This document shows, in pieces, positions 1-9,085 of a stretch of DNA of 64,000 nt (its first letter is position 1; each line of letters opens with the position of its first letter). The stretch is from Candidatus Aldehydirespirator sp. (GTDB taxonomy: Bacteria > Actinomycetota > Acidimicrobiia > Acidimicrobiales > Aldehydirespiratoraceae). The stretch lies in NCBI GenBank assembly GCA_965220345.1, contig OZ244822.1, forward strand, positions 1,980,070 through 2,044,069, written 5' to 3'. The position numbers were made by a program, and so were the translations under genes. The notes below the pieces were generated by a model. It did no database searches. It was not told where the DNA came from and was given only the letters and a program-made list of their open reading frames with translations.

Positions 1-3000
1 ACTGATATTGTGTTTAATATTGTTGATGATGATACTGCTGGTGTGACGATCACTGAGTCTTCTGGTTCCACGAGCGTAGCCGAAAATGGTGGCACTGATA
101 CTTATACGGTAGTGTTGGATAGCAAACCGACTCATAATGTGACAGTAGAGGTTACTTCCGGCACGCCTGGCGCAGCGTTGGTTGATGTGGCTGGTGGTAC
201 TGCTACATTGAAGACTTCTGATACGTTAACGTTCACGACATCGAACTGGGCTACCGCGCAGACGGTAACAGTGACTGGCGTGAACGATAATATTGATAAC
301 CCCAGCGATGAACGTACTGTGACATTGACTCACGATATTGCTTCAAGCGATGCTAAATATAATGCGTTAGCTGATGAGGAAGTGTCTGTTGAGGTTACTG
401 ATGATGATCCTGCACCGACTGGGATCACATTATCGGTGGACACGGATACGAGTACGGGTGGTGATCAGTCTACGGTAGCTGAAGGGGGTGGCGCGAAAAC
501 GGTGCGTGTGACTGCTACGGTTGGTGGTGCTACCCGTTTCGGCACAGCGCAGTCTGTGACAGTAAGCGTTGGTGCTAATAGTGATAGCGCTACTGAAAGC
601 ACGGATTACACAACAGTCACGAATAAGACGATCAATATCGCTGCGGGCGCTGATAGTGGCACAGCTACGTTTACGTTCACGCCGACTGATGATGATCTTG
701 ATGAGGGTACTGAAACAGTAAGCGTGTCAGGAACGTTAGCTGGGGTGACGTTCACTGACACCTCGTTCACGATCACTGATAATGACACGTCGGCGGTGCT
801 GATTACTGAGACTGGCACGCCTGCAGGCACTACTGTGTCCGAGGATGGCACCACTACCACTGATAGCTATTCGGTGAAGTTAGCTACTAAACCCGCAGCG
901 AATGTGACAGTGACGGTTACCTCTGAGACGCCTGCTGCGGCGGTGTTGGATGGTCCTGATAGTGCTACAGTGTTTAATTCGTCTGAAACATTAACGTTCA
1001 CGACTACGAACTGGGATAGTGCGCAGACGATCAATGTGCAGGGTGTGAATGATAATATTGATAATACTGGTAATAAACGTAGCGTGACTTTCACTCACGA
1101 TATCGCTTCAACGGATGCTAAATATAATGCATTGAGCGATGAGACTGTGACTGTGACGGTTAGCGATGATGATGATGCGCCGTCCGGGATTACGTTATCT
1201 GTGGATACGGATACGAGTGTAAATAACGATCAGTCTACGGTAGCTGAGGGTGGCGGCACAAAAACCGTGCGAGTGACTGCTGCGGTGAACGGGTCAACGC
1301 GTTATGATACTGAGGTGACTGTGACAGTGAGCGTGGGGGCTGGCAGCACTGCGAATGTTCTTTATGCTACCGAAGGCACAGATTACACAACAGTCACGGA
1401 TAAGACGATCACTATCGCTGCGGGCGCGGCGAGCGGCAATGTGACGTTTATGTTTACGCCTACTAATGACACGTTCGCTGAAACGGCTGAGGTTGTGGAC
1501 GTGTCCGGTACTTCTGGTTCGTTAACTATAACCTCTACGTCGTTTACGATTACTGATAATGAAACCGTGCCAGGTATCACACTTAGCGCGACCCCGGCTA
1601 CGGTGGCTGAGGGTGATGATGCTACAACGATCGCGGTTACTGCGACTGTGGGGGGTTCGGTTCGTTTCGATCGTCCTCGCACAGTGGTGGTGTCGGTCGC
1701 GGGGTCTGGGGGTTCTAATCTGGTCGGGTTCACTGCTGTAAACGATTTCAATATTACGATCCCCGCCAACACGGCTTCGGGTTCAGCTAATTTCACGTTA
1801 ACCCCAGCAGCCGATGACATTGACGAAGACACCGAAACGATTACCGTTTCAGGGGTGTCGGCGGGTCCACCGGTCGCGACGGTGACTTCTGGTAGCGTGT
1901 CGTTGACTGATGATGACACTGCGGGTGTAACGATCTCAAAATCGGCGCTTACCGTAGATGAGAATGGTGGCATGCAGACTTATACGGTGGTGTTGGATAG
2001 CGAGCCGACAGCGGATGTGACGGTTACGATGACTTCTGGCACGCCGGGCGCGGCGACGGTGGATGGCTCAGATGCGGGCACGGTCGGGTCTACTGCTGAA
2101 ACGTTAACATTCACGTCATCAACTTGGGATACCGCACAAACGGTGACTGTGATCGGTGTGAACAATAATAGAAACGACGCTGGTGATCAGCGTACTTCAA
2201 CTGTTGCTCATACGGTTGAGTCTTCTGACAGTAAATATAATGCTTTGTCGGGGGTTAAATCGGTGTCGGTGACTGTCACTGATGATGATGGTGCTGGTGT
2301 AACGATCTCTGAGTCGACGCGTACCGTAGCTGAGAATGGTGGCATGCAGACTTATACGGTGGTGTTGGATAGCGAACCGAGTGCCGATGTGACAGTAACG
2401 ATTACTTCTGACACGCCAGCAGCAGCACGGGTTGATGGTCCTGGAGGTAATACGACACCAAAAACTACTGAAACGTTAACGTTCACGTCAACCAACTATG
2501 CCACTGTGCAGACGGTGACTGTTACCGGCATGAACGACAACCTAGACAACACCGGCAATGAACGCAGCGCGAAGTTGACTCACGCTTTTACGTCGAGCGA
2601 TACTGACTATAGTTCTATCGCTGATCGTGATGTGACGGTTACGGTTACTGATGATGATGATACCCCGGAAGTAGATTTGAGTGTGGATCTGTCGTCTGTA
2701 GCTGAGAGCGCAGGTTCAACGACTGTGACAGTGACTGCGACTGTTGATGATGCTGCGATCCGTTTCGAGGAAGCGAAAACGGTGCGTGTTACTGTGATGG
2801 GGTCTGCTGGAGATGAGTTCGTGGATTTCACGATCCCGACCGCTTTCAATATTACGATCGCTAGCAGCGCCGCGACTGGTACAGGAACGTTTGCGTTAGT
2901 TCCTACTAATGATCTTATTAATGAACGCGATGAGACTGTGACTGTTTCTGGTGCATCAACCGGATTAACAGTTAATTCTACGTCGTTGATGTTGACTGAC

Positions 3001-6000
3001 GATGAAGCAGACCCGATAGTAACGATCAAATCTCCTGATGTGTCATCAATTACTGAGGGACAAACCGCTCAATTTGTTGTAATGCCGATTAGTAGCGAAC
3101 TTTCTGCTAAACCAGCTTCGAAAGGGCTTTCAGCTTTCGATTTGACCATAAACCTGACTGTCGCTCAAACCGGTATTTTCGTTTCGTCTACTAATTTAGG
3201 TGATAAAACAGTTGTTTTGCCTGCTTTAGCAGAACAAGTGTCTTATGATGTTGATACAGTGAACGATGATACTGTAGAATCTAATGGACGTGTTACGTTA
3301 TCTGTTCGTTCTGGTAGCGGATACACTACTGCTGGTGGAAGCAACTCCCGTTACGTGACTGTCAACGATAATGATACAGGCGTAGCCGTAAACCTAAGCA
3401 TCAATAACGCGACCATCACCGAAGACGATAGTACGGGTAGCACGATTACTGTAACTCTCGCGTCGGCTGCTCCTTCGGGAGGTGTAAAAATTCCGCTCAC
3501 CACCACGAACGGCACAGCAGCCAACAGCGACTACAATCTAGAAGCTGATAGTGTGACCATCGCTGAAGGTCAAATATCCAACACGGTTGATATCACCGCA
3601 ACCGGCGACACTACAGACGAACCCACAGAAACGTTCACTGTGAACCTCGGTAATCTACCTGATGGGTACGCAGCCGGTACCACTAGCAGTGTTGATGTCA
3701 CAATCGCTGATAATGATCCGACCACAGTCACCCTTACACGCGCTGCTGGCGCAACCCTCACCGAAGGCTCCACACTCACATACACACTGACATTAGATCG
3801 CAGCCTTGTTGCTGGTGAAGTATTGCCGGTACCGCTCGCTTTCGCTGGTACCGACACCGCTGTGCGCAACACTGATTACAAGCTCGCCTGCCCGAACACT
3901 TTGCCGACCGGTGTGACCTGCAATAACCTCAACACCGCAACCACACCCACAATCACGTTCACAGGCTCAGCCAGCGCCGCCCGAACCGTCACAATCACTC
4001 TCACCGCTAGCACAGACAACACAGTAGAAACCTCAGGCGAAACAGTCAACATCGGATTAGGTACTTTGAATGCGAGTTCAGGCACGAATCTTGGTGGTGG
4101 CGCTACCGGCACCGACAGCGCAGCCGTAGTCACAATCAACGATCCCGCACCAACCGACGTAGCAGTCACACTAAGCGTCGACAACAACGGTGCCGTTACC
4201 GAAAGCGGTACCCGTACTATTACTGTCACACTCGCCGAAGCCGCCACAGCGGACGTGACTATCCCGCTCACTACCGCGGTTAGTGATTACACACTCTCAA
4301 AATCTGGTGTCGATATCGATATTAGTAGCAACGCAACATCTGGGACTGTTACCCTCACCGCAACCGACGACAATATTGACGAACCCACCGAAACTTTCAA
4401 TGTCGGGCTCGGTAGCAGCCTCCCCGCAGGTTACAAAGCAGGCACACCCAGCAGCGTCACCATCACCATTGCTGACAACGACCCCACCACCGTCACCCTC
4501 ACACGCACCGCCGGCGCAACCCTCACCGAAGGCGACACGCTTGCTTACACACTCACATTAGGTCGCAAACTCAGAACCGGTGAAGCATTAGCAGTACCAC
4601 TAACATTCGTTGGCTCAGCCACACGAAACACTGATTACACACTCGCCTGCGGACCCGCGACCGATGTAGCCTGCACGAACCTCAACACCGGCAACACGAT
4701 GGTTACATTTACCGGTAGCGACAGCGCCGCTACAGCAGTCACTATCACTCTCACCGCCACAACCGATAACACCACCGAAACCTCAGGCGAAACAGTCAAC
4801 ATCAACCTCGGTACCCTGAATGCGAGTTCAGGTACTAATCTTGGTGGCGGTGCAACAGGCACCGACAACGCAGACGCGGTAACTATCAACGATCCGGTGG
4901 TCGCGACACCCTCGGTTACGGTCACACAAACCGGAGGCACAACTAAGGTCGCTGAAAATGGTGGCACTGACACCTACACAATCGTGTTAGACACTGAACC
5001 CACAGCCAATGTGTTGATTACTGTCACATCCAGCACCCCATCAGCAGCACGAATCGATGGCCCCGACTCAGATAACACCCCCACAGAAACCGAAACTCTC
5101 ACATTCACCACTGGCAACTACAACACACCCCAAACCATCACCGTGACCGGCATAAACGACAATATTGATAATCCTGGTGATCAGCGCAGCGCAACAATCA
5201 GACATACTGTCACCGCAGCATCCGCTAGCGAATACCGCAACGTCAACATTGTCAGTGTTACCGTGACCGTCACCGACGACGACACCACCCCCACAATCCG
5301 GCCACGACCATCCACACCGTCACGACCATCCACACCGTCACGACCGGTCACGCCAGCACAAACTGTCACACCCACCCCAGAACCTGAACCTGAGCCTGAG
5401 CCGGTGTTTGAGGATCTCGCTGAAATACCTGAAGTGCATCGTGAGGCAGTCACCGAACTCGCCAACGAAGGCGTGTTCGAACAAATAGGCTGCCAAAGCG
5501 ATCAACTTTGCCCAGACCAGCCAGTCAAACGCTGGCAGCTAGCAGTGATACTTATACGCCAGCTCGAAGGCACCGACACCCAACCCGAAACCGACACCGA
5601 AAACACGTTCAACGATGTTGATGATGTCTGGTGGTCAAGTTATGTGCAGCGTCTTAGTGACCTAGAACTCACCCAAGGCTGCACCGAAGATAGTTTCTGC
5701 CCAGACCAGCAACTCACCAGAAGCCAAGCAGCACAATTCATAGCCAACGCGTTCGGTCTCACCAGCACCCAAACCGCTGATTTCGCGGATCTCAACGAGA
5801 ACAATCCCCATATCGCGGCGATCAACGCACTATATGAAGCAGGTATCACACTAGGCTGCCAAAGCGAACCGCTACTGTTTTGCCCTGACGACAAAATCAC
5901 AATCCAAGAACTAGCAACCCTGCTCGCCCGCGCCGCTGATGTAGCAGCCGCTGAAGCCGCCAAAACACCTGAGCCTGAGCCGGTGTTTGAGGATCTCGCT

Positions 6001-6540
6001 GAAATCCCTGAAGTGCATCGCCAGGCGGTCACCGAACTCGCGAATGAAGGCGTGTTTGAACGGGTTGGCTGTCAAACAGATCAGCTTTGTGCGGATCAGC
6101 CGGTCAAACGTTGGCAACTCGCAGTGATCATCGTGCGCCAGCTCGAAGGCACCGACACCGAACCCGAAACCGACACCGAACCCACGTTTACCGATGTTGA
6201 AGACATCTGGTGGTCAGGCTATGTGCAGCGTCTCAGCGAACTAGAACTCACTCGTGGCTGCACCGAAGATAGTTTCTGCCCAGATCAGCAACTCACAAGA
6301 GGCCAAGCAGCGCAATTCCTCGTGACCGCTTTTGACCTAACCGACACCAGCAACGCAGAATTTAACGATATAGAAGGCAGTCCTCACACAGCAGCTATCA
6401 ACACCCTATACGCAGCAGGCATCACCAACGGCTGCAACAGCGAACCCCTAAACTTCTGCCCAGACAAACCAATCACACTCCAAGAACTAGCCACCATGAT
6501 CACCCGCGCCGCCAAAAAACTAAACCAACCCACCCCATAA
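1..6540 (+). CDS. Giant cell-surface protein (5' end outside the window): Calx-beta-like / Ig-like repeat arrays, Pro-rich linker, six C-terminal SLH-like domains
   Basis: The frame is open from base 1 to TAA 6538-6540. There are many repeats of 'DDD.AGVTI.ES...V.ENGG.DTYTVVLDS.P...VTVT' and of the Calx-beta-type pattern 'TEGTDYT..T.KTI.IAAGA.SG..TF.FTPT.D...E..E...VSG'. A PSTPSRPSTPSRP / PEPEPEPEP linker follows. The C-terminus holds 2 x 3 motifs 'F.D....W...V..L.....GC....FCPD...TR.Q.A.F', which resemble S-layer homology domains. Confidence 0.85.
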   Translation, partial: TDIVFNIVDDDTAGVTITESSGSTSVAENGGTDTYTVVLDSKPTHNVTVEVTSGTPGAALVDVAGGTATLKTSDTLTFTTSNWATAQTVTVTGVNDNIDNPSDERTVTLTHDIASSDAKYNALADEEVSVEVTDDDPAPTGITLSVDTDTSTGGDQSTVAEGGGAKTVRVTATVGGATRFGTAQSVTVSVGANSDSATESTDYTTVTNKTINIAAGADSGTATFTFTPTDDDLDEGTETVSVSGTLAGVTFTDTSFTITDNDTSAVLITETGTPAGTTVSEDGTTTTDSYSVKLATKPAANVTVTVTSETPAAAVLDGPDSATVFNSSETLTFTTTNWDSAQTINVQGVNDNIDNTGNKRSVTFTHDIASTDAKYNALSDETVTVTVSDDDDAPSGITLSVDTDTSVNNDQSTVAEGGGTKTVRVTAAVNGSTRYDTEVTVTVSVGAGSTANVLYATEGTDYTTVTDKTITIAAGAASGNVTFMFTPTNDTFAETAEVVDVSGTSGSLTITSTSFTITDNETVPGITLSATPATVAEGDDATTIAVTATVGGSVRFDRPRTVVVSVAGSGGSNLVGFTAVNDFNITIPANTASGSANFTLTPAADDIDEDTETITVSGVSAGPPVATVTSGSVSLTDDDTAGVTISKSALTVDENGGMQTYTVVLDSEPTADVTVTMTSGTPGAATVDGSDAGTVGSTAETLTFTSSTWDTAQTVTVIGVNNNRNDAGDQRTSTVAHTVESSDSKYNALSGVKSVSVTVTDDDGAGVTISESTRTVAENGGMQTYTVVLDSEPSADVTVTITSDTPAAARVDGPGGNTTPKTTETLTFTSTNYATVQTVTVTGMNDNLDNTGNERSAKLTHAFTSSDTDYSSIADRDVTVTVTDDDDTPEVDLSVDLSSVAESAGSTTVTVTATVDDAAIRFEEAKTVRVTVMGSAGDEFVDFTIPTAFNITIASSAATGTGTFALVPTNDLINERDETVTVSGASTGLTVNSTSLMLTDDEADPIVTIKSPDVSSITEGQTAQFVVMPISSELSAKPASKGLSAFDLTINLTVAQTGIFVSSTNLGDKTVVLPALAEQVSYDVDTVNDDTVESNGRVTLSVRSGSGYTTAGGSNSRYVTVNDNDTGVAVNLSINNATITEDDSTGSTITVTLASAAPSGGVKIPLTTTNGTAANSDYNLEADSVTIAEGQISNTVDITATGDTTDEPTETFTVNLGNLPDGYAAGTTSSVDVTIADNDPTTVTLTRAAGATLTEGSTLTYTLTLDRSLVAGEVLPVPLAFAGTDTAVRNTDYKLACPNTLPTGVTCNNLNTATTPTITFTGSASAARTVTITLTASTDNTVETSGETVNIGLGTLNASSGTNLGGGATGTDSAAVVTINDPAPTDVAVTLSVDNNGAVTESGTRTITVTLAEAATADVTIPLTTAVSDYTLSKSGVDIDISSNATSGTVTLTATDDNIDEPTETFNVGLGSSLPAGYKAGTPSSVTITIADNDPTTVTLTRTAGATLTEGDTLAYTLTLGRKLRTGEALAVPLTFVGSATRNTDYTLACGPATDVACTNLNTGNTMVTFTGSDSAATAVTITLTATTDNTTETSGETVNINLGTLNASSGTNLGGGATGTDNADAVTINDPVVATPSVTVTQTGGTTKVAENGGTDTYTIVLDTEPTANVLITVTSSTPSAARIDGPDSDNTPTETETLTFTTGNYNTPQTITVTGINDNIDNPGDQRSATIRHTVTAASASEYRNVNIVSVTVTVTDDDTTPTIRPRPSTPSRPSTPSRPVTPAQTVTPTPEPEPEPEPVFEDLAEIPEVHREAVTELANEGVFEQIGCQSDQLCPDQPVKRWQLAVILIRQLEGTDTQPETDTENTFNDVDDVWWSSYVQRLSDLELTQGCTEDSFCPDQQLTRSQAAQFIANAFGLTSTQTADFADLNENNPHIAAINALYEAGITLGCQSEPLLFCPDDKITIQELATLLARAADVAAAEAAKTPEPEPVFEDLAEIPEVHRQAVTELANEGVFERVGCQTDQLCADQPVKRWQLAVIIVRQLEGTDTEPETDTEPTFTDVEDIWWSGYVQRLSELELTRGCTEDSFCPDQQLTRGQAAQFLVTAFDLTDTSNAEFNDIEGSPHTAAINTLYAAGITNGCNSEPLNFCPDKPITLQELATMITRAAKKLNQPTP
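5389..6537 (+). repeat. Tandem duplication of a 579-bp (193-aa) module, each copy encoding three SLH-like domains
   Basis: CCTGAGCCTGAGCCGGTGTTTGAGGATCTCGCTGAAAT... starts at 5389 and again at 5968. The two protein copies, PEPEPVFEDLAEIPEVHREAVTELANEGVFEQIGC... and PEPEPVFEDLAEIPEVHRQAVTELANEGVFERVGC..., are near-identical. Confidence 0.85.
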
Positions 6541-6590
6541 CCCCCAACCCCATAACCCCCAACCCCATAACCCCCAACCCCATAACCCCC
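6526..6590. repeat. 15-bp tandem repeat (CCCCCAACCCCATAA, about 4 copies) spanning the stop codon of the giant gene
   Basis: Perfect units lie at 6541-6555, 6556-6570 and 6571-6585. A degenerate copy ends at the real stop (6538-6540). Each unit carries a TAA in the reading frame of the gene. Confidence 0.9.
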
Positions 6591-6697
6591 AGGGCGACAG
6601 TCTCACAGGGGAATTAGCTCAATAAGGCAGCCTGCTCACAACGACCGTGTTGCAGCCTCAACCTGCACCCAAACAGCAAAGAAGGCGACTCAAGCCG

Positions 6698-7321
6698 TCA
6701 GGCTGCTTCAGCCTCGTTTTGTCCCGTGTTGCCTAGACGAGTCTCACCGTCATGCATGGCATCGTCTGGAGATGCTTGGTCGTCGTGTTCGGCATCTTCG
6801 TGAGAGGTCTCATCGTCTGGACGGGCACTCAACTCAAGGCGACCCTCAATACGCGCAACCCGCTCACGAGTGTCAGCAAGACTGCCTTCTATCCGATCAA
6901 GCCTGCCATCCATCCGGTCAAGCCGCCCGCTGATATCAGTGAACCTTTCGCTGGTGTGTGCTTCGGAGGCTTTGATCTGCTTCTGGGTTCGTTTTTCGGA
7001 GTCTGTGATCTGTTTGCTGGTTCGTTTTTCAGAATCTGCAATCTGCTTGCTGGTCCGAGCTTCGGAGTCTGCGATCTGTTTGCTGGTTCGTGCTTCGGAG
7101 TCTGTGATCTGTTTGCTGGTTCGTGCTTCGGAGGCTTCGATCTGCTCGCTGATCTGCTTCTGGGTTCGTTTTTCGGAGATCGTGAAGCGATTGTCGATGT
7201 ACTCGCGAATCGAGAGGATGGCTTTGGTATGGTCACGCATCATCCACAAGATGAAGCCGATAAACGGCGTGAGAAAGCCGATGATGGCAACCGCGAAGCT
7301 GATAAACGCTGCTGAGTCCAT
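6698..7321 (-). CDS. N-terminally membrane-anchored coiled-coil protein with about six tandem 11-aa repeats (SEARTSKQI.D)
   Basis: The 207-aa ORF has a hydrophobic N-terminus (FISFAVAIIGFLTPFIGFILWMM). It contains 33-bp coding repeats, a heptad-like DRMDGRLDRIEGSLADTRERVARIEGRLE stretch and an acidic tail. The ORFs on the opposite strand are repeat artefacts. Confidence 0.6.
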   Translation of the reverse strand: MDSAAFISFAVAIIGFLTPFIGFILWMMRDHTKAILSIREYIDNRFTISEKRTQKQISEQIEASEARTSKQITDSEARTSKQIADSEARTSKQIADSEKRTSKQITDSEKRTQKQIKASEAHTSERFTDISGRLDRMDGRLDRIEGSLADTRERVARIEGRLELSARPDDETSHEDAEHDDQASPDDAMHDGETRLGNTGQNEAEAA

Positions 7322-7442
7322 GAATTTGACTATACATCAATCTTCAACACATTGCAACTCGTGTAATCACAATATTTTCTGATGGCCTGCAGGGCTAGTG
7401 CGGCTAGCGAAGATCGGAGTGCGTTCGCTAGTGTCTAGCCCC

Positions 7443-8237
7443 ATGACACATAACTTGGCACAACTCGCCGAAGCAGCCGAACGGCTTCGCAACGCAGCAG
7501 CCACCGCTGAGCCCTGCGAAACCGTGCGTGCGATGATCGGCGAGGCACTGACACCCGAAGTCGGCTATCAGATACAGCAGATCAACACCGACCACTGGCT
7601 AGCAAAAAACCGACGCATCAGCGGCCACAAGGTTGGGTTGACCAACCCTGCTGTCCAGCAGCAACTCGGGGTGGGTCAACCGGTATGGGGTGTGCTGTTC
7701 GCCGACAACTGCCGCAGCGATGGCGCTGATATTGATGCTGAAGGTCTGATTGAGCCGAGAGTCGAGGTAGAAGTGGCGGTGATACTCGGCAGTGCTTTGG
7801 ATTGTGGTCGTCACACTGTGGCTGATGCGATCAACGCCACTGCGTATGTGCTGCCAGCATTAGAGATAGTTGACAGCCGCATCAACTGGGACATTACCGC
7901 TGGCGACATGATCGCCGACAGCGCCGGTGCTGGCCTTTATGTGCTGGGAACCCGCCCAGTGCCGCTTGCGGCGGTGGACCTGCACCGTGTTGAGATGCAA
8001 CTCAGCATCAACGGCGAACCAGCAGCCTCAGGCACAGGTGCCGCATGTTTGGGCAACCCTTTGAACGCTTTGGTGTGGCTAGCTGATGCTATGTGCGAAT
8101 ACGGCACTCCGTTGCAAGCAGGTGAATGCATCATGACCGGCTCATTGTGCGGAATGCTGCCGATCGCTGGCGGTGACGAACTATCCGCCGACATTGAAAG
8201 TATCGGCACCGTCTCGGCAAGCTTGACTCCCCACTAA
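7443..8237 (+). CDS. 2-keto-4-pentenoate hydratase / 2-oxohepta-3-ene-1,7-dioate hydratase family (MhpD/HpcG-like)
   Basis: The protein is collinear with the MhpD-type pattern: 'GHKVGLTNPAVQQQLGV.QP.WGVLF', 'EPRVEVEVAVIL', 'VLPALEIVDSRI', 'GNPLNALVWLA' and 'GECIMTGSL'. ATG 7443 gives the family-typical length. The track start at 7398 is probably too far upstream. Confidence 0.8.
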   Translation: MTHNLAQLAEAAERLRNAAATAEPCETVRAMIGEALTPEVGYQIQQINTDHWLAKNRRISGHKVGLTNPAVQQQLGVGQPVWGVLFADNCRSDGADIDAEGLIEPRVEVEVAVILGSALDCGRHTVADAINATAYVLPALEIVDSRINWDITAGDMIADSAGAGLYVLGTRPVPLAAVDLHRVEMQLSINGEPAASGTGAACLGNPLNALVWLADAMCEYGTPLQAGECIMTGSLCGMLPIAGGDELSADIESIGTVSASLTPH

Positions 8238-8267
8238 ACCCAGCAAGCAGCCTCAGCAGCACCGACC

Positions 8268-8312
8268 AGCAGGCTTAGCAACATGAAGCGAAGCGGGGGT
8301 TGCGACTTCGCA
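8268..8312. repeat. Left copy of the 45-bp direct repeat AGCAGGCTTAGCAACATGAAGCGAAGCGGGGGTTGCGACTTCGCA (non-coding decoy of a gene 3' end)
   Basis: It matches 10343-10387 exactly, read directly from the sequence. Confidence 0.95.
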
Positions 8313-8375
8313 ACTTCGCCAAGGTGCCACACCCGATTTGGGTCTTGCTACACGATGAAATAGAGGATGTCTGCT

Positions 8376-8414
8376 ATGCCATTATGTTATGCCATTATGT
8401 TATGCCATATTGCG
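8376..8414. repeat. 13-bp tandem repeat ATGCCATTATGTT (2 perfect copies plus 1 degenerate)
   Basis: The copies are at 8376-8388, 8389-8401 and 8402-8414, directly after the stop of the 220-aa gene. Confidence 0.85.
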
Positions 8415-9077
8415 TTACAGCACCCTGTCACAACATGCGCGAACAGCAGCATTGAAGCGATCGTAGGAGCGGCTGCGGCCTACCGGTGAAGTGCCATTAG
8501 CGATGGCTTCAGCCACATGGCGGGCAACGCTTGGCGAGTCTGCCTCGGAGTAGGGATGCCTACTGTTTTTTCTTCGGGTTAGCCGCTTCAACTCCTCTTT
8601 GGGATTGCTGACTGTTTCCCAATCACGGTTTGCTCGCTTTAGTGCCCCTTTCCAAGATTGACGCAATTTTTCGGTAGCTTCGGGGAACAGCATCCACCAA
8701 GCCTCAATCTCCTCAACGGGGACAACTGCATGCGCCCCCTTGATGCCAGCACTTCGGAGTGCTTCCTCGGTTTGGCGATGCAGTTTTCCGTCTGGATCGG
8801 GCTCATCTGAATCTCGATGCACGAACACGCAGACAATGCGTTGTTGATCGTGGCTAGCGACAACATCGGCTATGCGTCCGATCCAGTCCGATACAGACGA
8901 TGTCGAAGCTGACCTGTTTAGAGATACCGGCTGGGGGCGCTCCCGTACCCTCCCCGCCAGTTCTGGGCAAATGGCCTCAATTAGGCGCACGATGGCGAGA
9001 CGGTCATTGCGGCTCTCCCCGAAGACCAATGCCATGGTTGAGTCACCAAGCTTGTAGTGTCGAGCCGATTGAGCCAC
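8415..9077 (-). CDS. DUF4276-like (Toprim-like) protein, partner of the upstream ATPase
   Basis: The 220-aa ORF lies 8 nt downstream of the ATPase gene. It has an N-terminal 'ALVFGESRND' with a conserved acidic residue, 'VFVHRDSDEPD', 'VPVEEIEAWWMLFPE', and C-terminal 'NPKEELKRL' and 'YDRFNAAV'. These resemble my recollection of the DUF4276 pattern. An alternative start is ATG 9035. Confidence 0.55.
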   Translation of the reverse strand: MAQSARHYKLGDSTMALVFGESRNDRLAIVRLIEAICPELAGRVRERPQPVSLNRSASTSSVSDWIGRIADVVASHDQQRIVCVFVHRDSDEPDPDGKLHRQTEEALRSAGIKGAHAVVPVEEIEAWWMLFPEATEKLRQSWKGALKRANRDWETVSNPKEELKRLTRRKNSRHPYSEADSPSVARHVAEAIANGTSPVGRSRSYDRFNAAVRACCDRVL

Positions 9078-9085
9078 TTGAGTTA

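Noticed and set aside
606-6117. Many minus-strand and off-frame ORFs (60-196 aa) lie inside the giant surface-protein gene.
   Set aside because: All are nested in one continuous 6.5-kb ORF with clear domain repeats. Their translations are low-complexity Val/Ser/Thr/Ala strings typical of antisense frames of repetitive genes.
6526-6590. I considered whether this tandem repeat, and the arrays at 8376-8414 and 31591-31680, could be CRISPR arrays.
   Set aside because: The units are directly adjacent with no unique spacers. Unit lengths are 13-33 bp with at most four copies. No cas genes are present in the window.
6752-7382. Plus-strand ORFs of 187 and 170 aa lie opposite the repeat-protein gene, and another minus-strand frame gives 115 aa.
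   Set aside because: The 33-bp tandem repeats keep several frames open. Only the 6698-7321 minus frame gives a TM helix plus a coherent coiled-coil and repeat protein.
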